A program made the position numbers and the translations under genes. Below, piece after piece: positions 60,296 to 64,000 of a stretch of 64,000 bases of DNA (position 1 is its first letter; every line of letters starts with the position of its first letter). The DNA is taken from the NCBI GenBank assembly GCA_963849325.1, contig CAWKHF010000009.1, forward strand, positions 192,001 through 256,000, given 5' to 3'. The stretch is from an uncultured Planctomycetota bacterium (lineage in GTDB: Bacteria; Planctomycetota; Planctomycetia; Gemmatales; Gemmataceae). The notes beneath the pieces are model-generated. The model did no database searches and was not told where the DNA came from. It saw only the letters and a program-made list of their open reading frames with translations.

Positions 60296-60381
60296 AACTT
60301 CACCCCTCCCCTCCTCGTGCCGGAGGGGAGCCACGGAGCCGTCCGAGCGCGGACGCACTCCGAAAACACGGCAAACCACCA

Positions 60382-60410
60382 ATTATAAGAAAAGACGCCG
60401 TTTGTTGCAA
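60382..60410 (-). promoter_or_regulatory. Sigma70-like promoter for the ffh-rpsP-trmD-rplS operon
   Basis: Minus strand TTGCAA-17bp-TATAAT, about 85 bp upstream of ffh. Confidence 0.7.
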
Positions 60411-60503
60411 CGCCGGCGCTGGCACGGGTTATTTGTTGACCCCGGGCGGGGGGGATGGTTGAATGGGAGGCTGGGAAGTCCGTCCATCCCTCGAACACCC
60501 TCG

Positions 60504-60947
60504 ATGACCATGAGCGAAATCAGCCGCGAACAGTTGCACGCCTACCTCGATGACGCCCTCAGCGACGCCGAGACGGCCAAGGTCGAACAAGCCCTGCGCG
60601 ACTCCGAACCGCTGCGACGCTCGCTGCGCCAGGCCATGCAGGAGCGCGACCGCGGCGAACACTCGCTCGGCGCCATTTGGCGCCGCGAACGCCTCACTTG
60701 CCCGACGCGGGAACAGCTCGGCAGTTATCTGCTGCAAGTGCTCGACGAGGGTGAACAGGATTATCTCGACTTCCATCTCCGCGTGATCGGCTGTGCCTAC
60801 TGCGTGGCCAACCTTGCCGACTTGCAGGCTCTGCAACAGGAACCGGCCCCGCATGCCCGCGAACGCCGCCGACGTTTCTTCCAGTCCAGCGCCGGCTACC
60901 TGCAAGTCTGCCGCGAGACCAAGAACGAGACAACGCGCCGCAGTTGA
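60504..60947 (+). CDS. Putative zinc-finger (zf-HC2-like, anti-sigma-like) protein
   Basis: Duplicated EQL.AYL/SYL helix motif; CP..EQL...HL...GCAYC. Confidence 0.6.
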   Translation: MTMSEISREQLHAYLDDALSDAETAKVEQALRDSEPLRRSLRQAMQERDRGEHSLGAIWRRERLTCPTREQLGSYLLQVLDEGEQDYLDFHLRVIGCAYCVANLADLQALQQEPAPHARERRRRFFQSSAGYLQVCRETKNETTRRS

Positions 60948-60958
60948 AGGGAACCGCC

Positions 60959-62303
60959 ATGCGCTCCGCGCTCTCCGGATGGATGCTCGCCTCTTTCACG
61001 CTGGCGACCGTCCTCGCTGGGCCGCTCGTCGCCGCCGAGCCAGCGCCGCCGAACATCGTCTTGATTATCTCCGACGACCAGGGCTGGCGCGATTACTCCT
61101 TCATGGGACATCCGCAGGTCCACACGCCGAACCTGGATCGGCTGGCATCGCAGAGCTTGACGTTCCCGCGCGGCTACGTGCCCTGCTCGCTGTGCTGTCC
61201 CAGCCTGGCCTCGCTCATCACCGGCCGTTATCCGCACCAGCACAAGATCACCAGCAATGACCCGCCCCTGCCGCCCGGACTTTCGGGGGCCGCCATCAAC
61301 AAGGACGCCGGCTACCGGGCACAGCGGCGCGAGATGATCGGCTTCATCGACAAGGTTTCGACCCTGCCGCGCCTACTGGGGCGGAAGGATTACGTCAGTT
61401 TTCAAACGGGCAAATGGTGGCAGGGACATTTTCGCCACGGCGGTTTCACCGACGGCATGAGCCAGGGCGACCCCGACCGGGGCGGACGTCACGGCGACGA
61501 GGGACTTCGGATCGGCCGGCAAACCATGCAGCCGATCTTCGACTTCATCGACCGAGCCGAGCGCGATCGCAAGCCGTTCTTCGTCTGGTACGCGCCGATG
61601 ATGCCGCACCAGCCGCACAACCCGCCGGAGCGCTTCCTCGCCCACTACCGCGACAAGGCGCCCACGCTGCCGGTGGCGAAATACTGGGCCATGTGCGAGT
61701 GGTTCGACGAGACGTGCGGCCAGCTGCTCGATCATCTCGACCGCAAGAAGGTGGCCGAGCGACACCGTCGTCGTCTACGTCACCGATAACGGCTGGATTC
61801 AGGATCCGAAGGCGAATCGTTACGCGGCGAAGTCGAAGCAATCGCCCTATGACGGCGGTCTGCGCACCCCGATCCTGGTGCGCTGGCCGGGCCGCGTCAA
61901 GCCGCGCAAGTGCGAGGAGCTGGCCAGCTCACTCGACATCGCGCCGACGCTGCTGGCCGCAGCGGAGCTGAAGCCGGATGAGGACATGCCGGGGTTGAAC
62001 TTGCTCGAGGAGGATGCAATCAAGGCCCGTAAGGCGATCTTCGGCGAGTGCTTCACGCACAACGCGGTGGACATCCACGATCCCGCCAGCAGCCTGCGCT
62101 ATCGCTGGATGATCGAGGGTTCGTGGAAGCTGATCGTGCCGGCGGCTCGGAACGAGGCGACGGGAAAGCCGGAGTTGTACGACTTAGCCCGCGACCCTGA
62201 CGAGACAAACAACCGCGCCGCCGACGAGAAAGCGATGGTCGCTCGGCTCAAGGCACGGCTGGACGCCTGGTGGCCCGGCCGGCCGGCGCGGGCCGCACCC
62301 TGA
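60959..62303 (+). CDS. Sulfatase-family protein; indel ~61755
   Basis: Signal peptide, PNIVLIISDDQG, TPNLDRLA, CCPSLASLITG, TGKWW, MPHQPH, TDNGW, PELYDLARDPDETNN. Confidence 0.9.
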
Positions 62304-62307
62304 GCGA

Positions 62308-62517
62308 TTAGCTGATGGGTTCTTCTTCGATTTCCCCATCCGCAGTCAACACGAGTTGTCGGATCACTCTCCCATTATGCTCAATCGAAACCGGGTCACC
62401 GGCTTGGCTCTCTTTCACCAAGTCCCGCGCGATCCGGAGCGCCTCATCGAGACTATCCGTCTCATCGAAACGGTCTTCTGTCGTCTCGCTGATGATGTAG
62501 TATGTGCCTTGAGGCAT
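62308..62517 (-). CDS. Small acidic hypothetical protein (69 aa)
   Basis: Intact ORF with gagg RBS; DSLDEALRIARDLV..VSIEHNG. Confidence 0.55.
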   Translation of the reverse strand: MPQGTYYIISETTEDRFDETDSLDEALRIARDLVKESQAGDPVSIEHNGRVIRQLVLTADGEIEEEPIS

Positions 62518-62587
62518 GTTACCCTCCTACACCCGGTCGATATAGACCCAGAGATGGTTCAGCGCCGCCTGCGGTCGGCCGGTAACG

Positions 62588-63433
62588 CTACCTCGGCGAG
62601 GCTGTAACTACACACTCCGGGGTCGCCGGCTCGGTCTGTAGAACCTCCGCCCTGTGGTAGGCGAGGTACTCCATTTTGATCGGCCATTTGACCGGAAGGC
62701 GGGCCTGCTGGCCAGCTAGTTGCTTGAGGATCGTGCGGAGTGGAGCACTGCATCGATCGGCCGAGGGGGAGACAACAATCTGCAGCTTATCATCGAACGA
62801 GATGAAACCTTTGTCGAACAGGCGGTCGTAAGGACAGTACAGGAGAATCCCGTTCGACGGGTCAAGCCGCGTGTCGATGCGCTTGGCCCAGGGGACAATG
62901 TGGCCGGCAACTAGCAGCTCCTCCTCACTGATTCCTGAGAGGCAGCACCGCCCCTCGAAGTTCTGCATGACCCTCTTGCGGAACAACGACTGCTTTTGCC
63001 GTTGCTCTATCTCAATTCTGCGATTTTCGATGGCGTAGTCGTTTGTATCGGCTACGGAGGTTGGCTCGACCTCGCCAGGATTTGTCAGGATTGCAACATT
63101 TCCGTAGAAAGCTCCAACATCGATCAGAGGAGCTATCCTAAGCTTAAGTTGGTGATGCAGGATGTACGCAACCCGGCGCACCCGGCCGGTCTTGTCCCCG
63201 CTCCGATACTCATCCACAAGTGCAGATTTCAACACCCTATACGGAATTGCGTAGAAGTCGCCATGAGCATCGGAATTGCCGACAATTACGATGTTGAAGG
63301 CTTCTCCACAGCGGCCGAGGTATTCCTTTAATCGCCCGCCGGAAATGTTGGCCCAGTAGGCGCGGGCACGTTCAGGGTGGAGAATGTAATTACTGTCCGA
63401 CAATTCTTCTTTGTGCTGGACGACGATATTCAT
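62588..63433 (-). CDS. HNH endonuclease (HNH_2 type) with an unrecognised N-terminal domain
   Basis: RQKQSLFRKRVMQNFEGRCCLSG..LLVAGHIVPW..RLDPSNGILL..DRLFDKGFISF..YLAYHR; visibly lower GC than its neighbours. Confidence 0.85.
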   Translation of the reverse strand: MNIVVQHKEELSDSNYILHPERARAYWANISGGRLKEYLGRCGEAFNIVIVGNSDAHGDFYAIPYRVLKSALVDEYRSGDKTGRVRRVAYILHHQLKLRIAPLIDVGAFYGNVAILTNPGEVEPTSVADTNDYAIENRRIEIEQRQKQSLFRKRVMQNFEGRCCLSGISEEELLVAGHIVPWAKRIDTRLDPSNGILLYCPYDRLFDKGFISFDDKLQIVVSPSADRCSAPLRTILKQLAGQQARLPVKWPIKMEYLAYHRAEVLQTEPATPECVVTASPR

Positions 63434-63484
63434 AACTGACCTCGATCCCGAGGCTTGACGTGTCCAGTGTGGCCGAACGAAGAA

Positions 63485-63553
63485 CGGTCTATCCGCCGTG
63501 CCGTCCAGCCGAAAACCTTCTCCGCACCCTGAAAAGGCACGGCGGATAGACCG
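63485..63553. repeat. 18-bp perfect inverted repeat upstream of the HNH gene
   Basis: cggtctatccgccgtgcc ... ggcacggcggatagaccg with a 33-nt spacer. Confidence 0.75.
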
Positions 63554-63821
63554 CTGTTGGAGGGAACCGCCGGGACTCCACCCGCACCCGCCTTCTGCCC
63601 TTCGGACTCTCGATTCCCGCCGCCCTCCACATCCCCTGCGATTCTACGACTACCCAACTACAACACGCAAGCAGAGTCATCCCGGCCTTGCCAACCAAGA
63701 GCTAAAGTTAGCGACCACTAACAAAGCTGAACGGACAAACTCTTTTGAAAACATTCTCGCCATATCAGCGAAAATCCGTCACGGCCAGTCGCTGGCACTC
63801 CGGGCTGGTGGGGAATTACCC

Positions 63822-64000
63822 TCACGGCCGATTCGGGGCGGCTTCTTTTCCGCGTTCCTCCATCTGTTGCAACAGTTCGTCCGCCAATTTCAGTGCCTGC
63901 CGCAAGCGTGGGATGAAGGCGCGGCGCGGCGGCATAGTTGGCGTCGCCGCAGCGGCGGCCTGCCCCACCTGGATCGACACCGCCGACAGACGGCCCTTGA
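63822..64000 (-). CDS. 3' end of a gene entering from beyond the window; unknown product
   Basis: ...KGRLSAVSIQVGQAAAAATPTMPPRRAFIPRLRQALKLADELLQQMEERGKEAAPNRP*. Confidence 0.45.
   Translation of the reverse strand, partial: KGRLSAVSIQVGQAAAAATPTMPPRRAFIPRLRQALKLADELLQQMEERGKEAAPNRP

Noticed and set aside
62520-63560. Integron cassette (attC) around the HNH gene
   Set aside because: A GTTCGGC lies upstream, but I could not find a matching inverse core or attC-like stem with extrahelical bases, and there is no integrase in the window.

Overview
GC-rich bacterial chromosomal segment, almost certainly Planctomycetota (Gemmataceae-like). The evidence is DUF1559 prepilin-like proteins, a DUF1501/DUF1549-DUF1553 pair, planctomycete-type Ser/Thr kinases and an ffh-rpsP-trmD-rplS operon lacking rimM. 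Many genes, including essential ones, are broken by single-base indels, which I read as long-read assembly errors rather than pseudogenes; split genes are reported as one CDS. Main content: (1) 1-10028, a complete Yeh-type operon (WGR-DUF4132, a second DUF4132 paralog, MoxR AAA+ YehL, YehM/DUF5682, VWA YehP, SWIM YehQ) with a vapBC pair inserted inside. (2) Housekeeping and metabolic genes: thiS-thiG, nagB fusion, mntH-USP with a DtxR-type box, hemL, hemB, hutU, acs, glgA, tyrS, yraN, rplS, trmD, rpsP, ffh, a sulfatase. (3) Scattered small defence/TA cargo: a zeta-like ATPase pair, a BrnT-like pair, Uma2, a single-ORF DarT-macrodomain (DarTG) fusion followed by a type ISP R-M remnant, and an HNH nuclease with an unrecognised N-terminal domain. 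(4) A dense set of intergenic palindromic elements, including long perfect hairpins and inverted arrays of 7-, 9- and 10-bp tandem units that often carry the neighbouring stop codon. No rRNA, tRNA, CRISPR array or transposase was seen. All family calls come from motif recognition by eye, not database searches.
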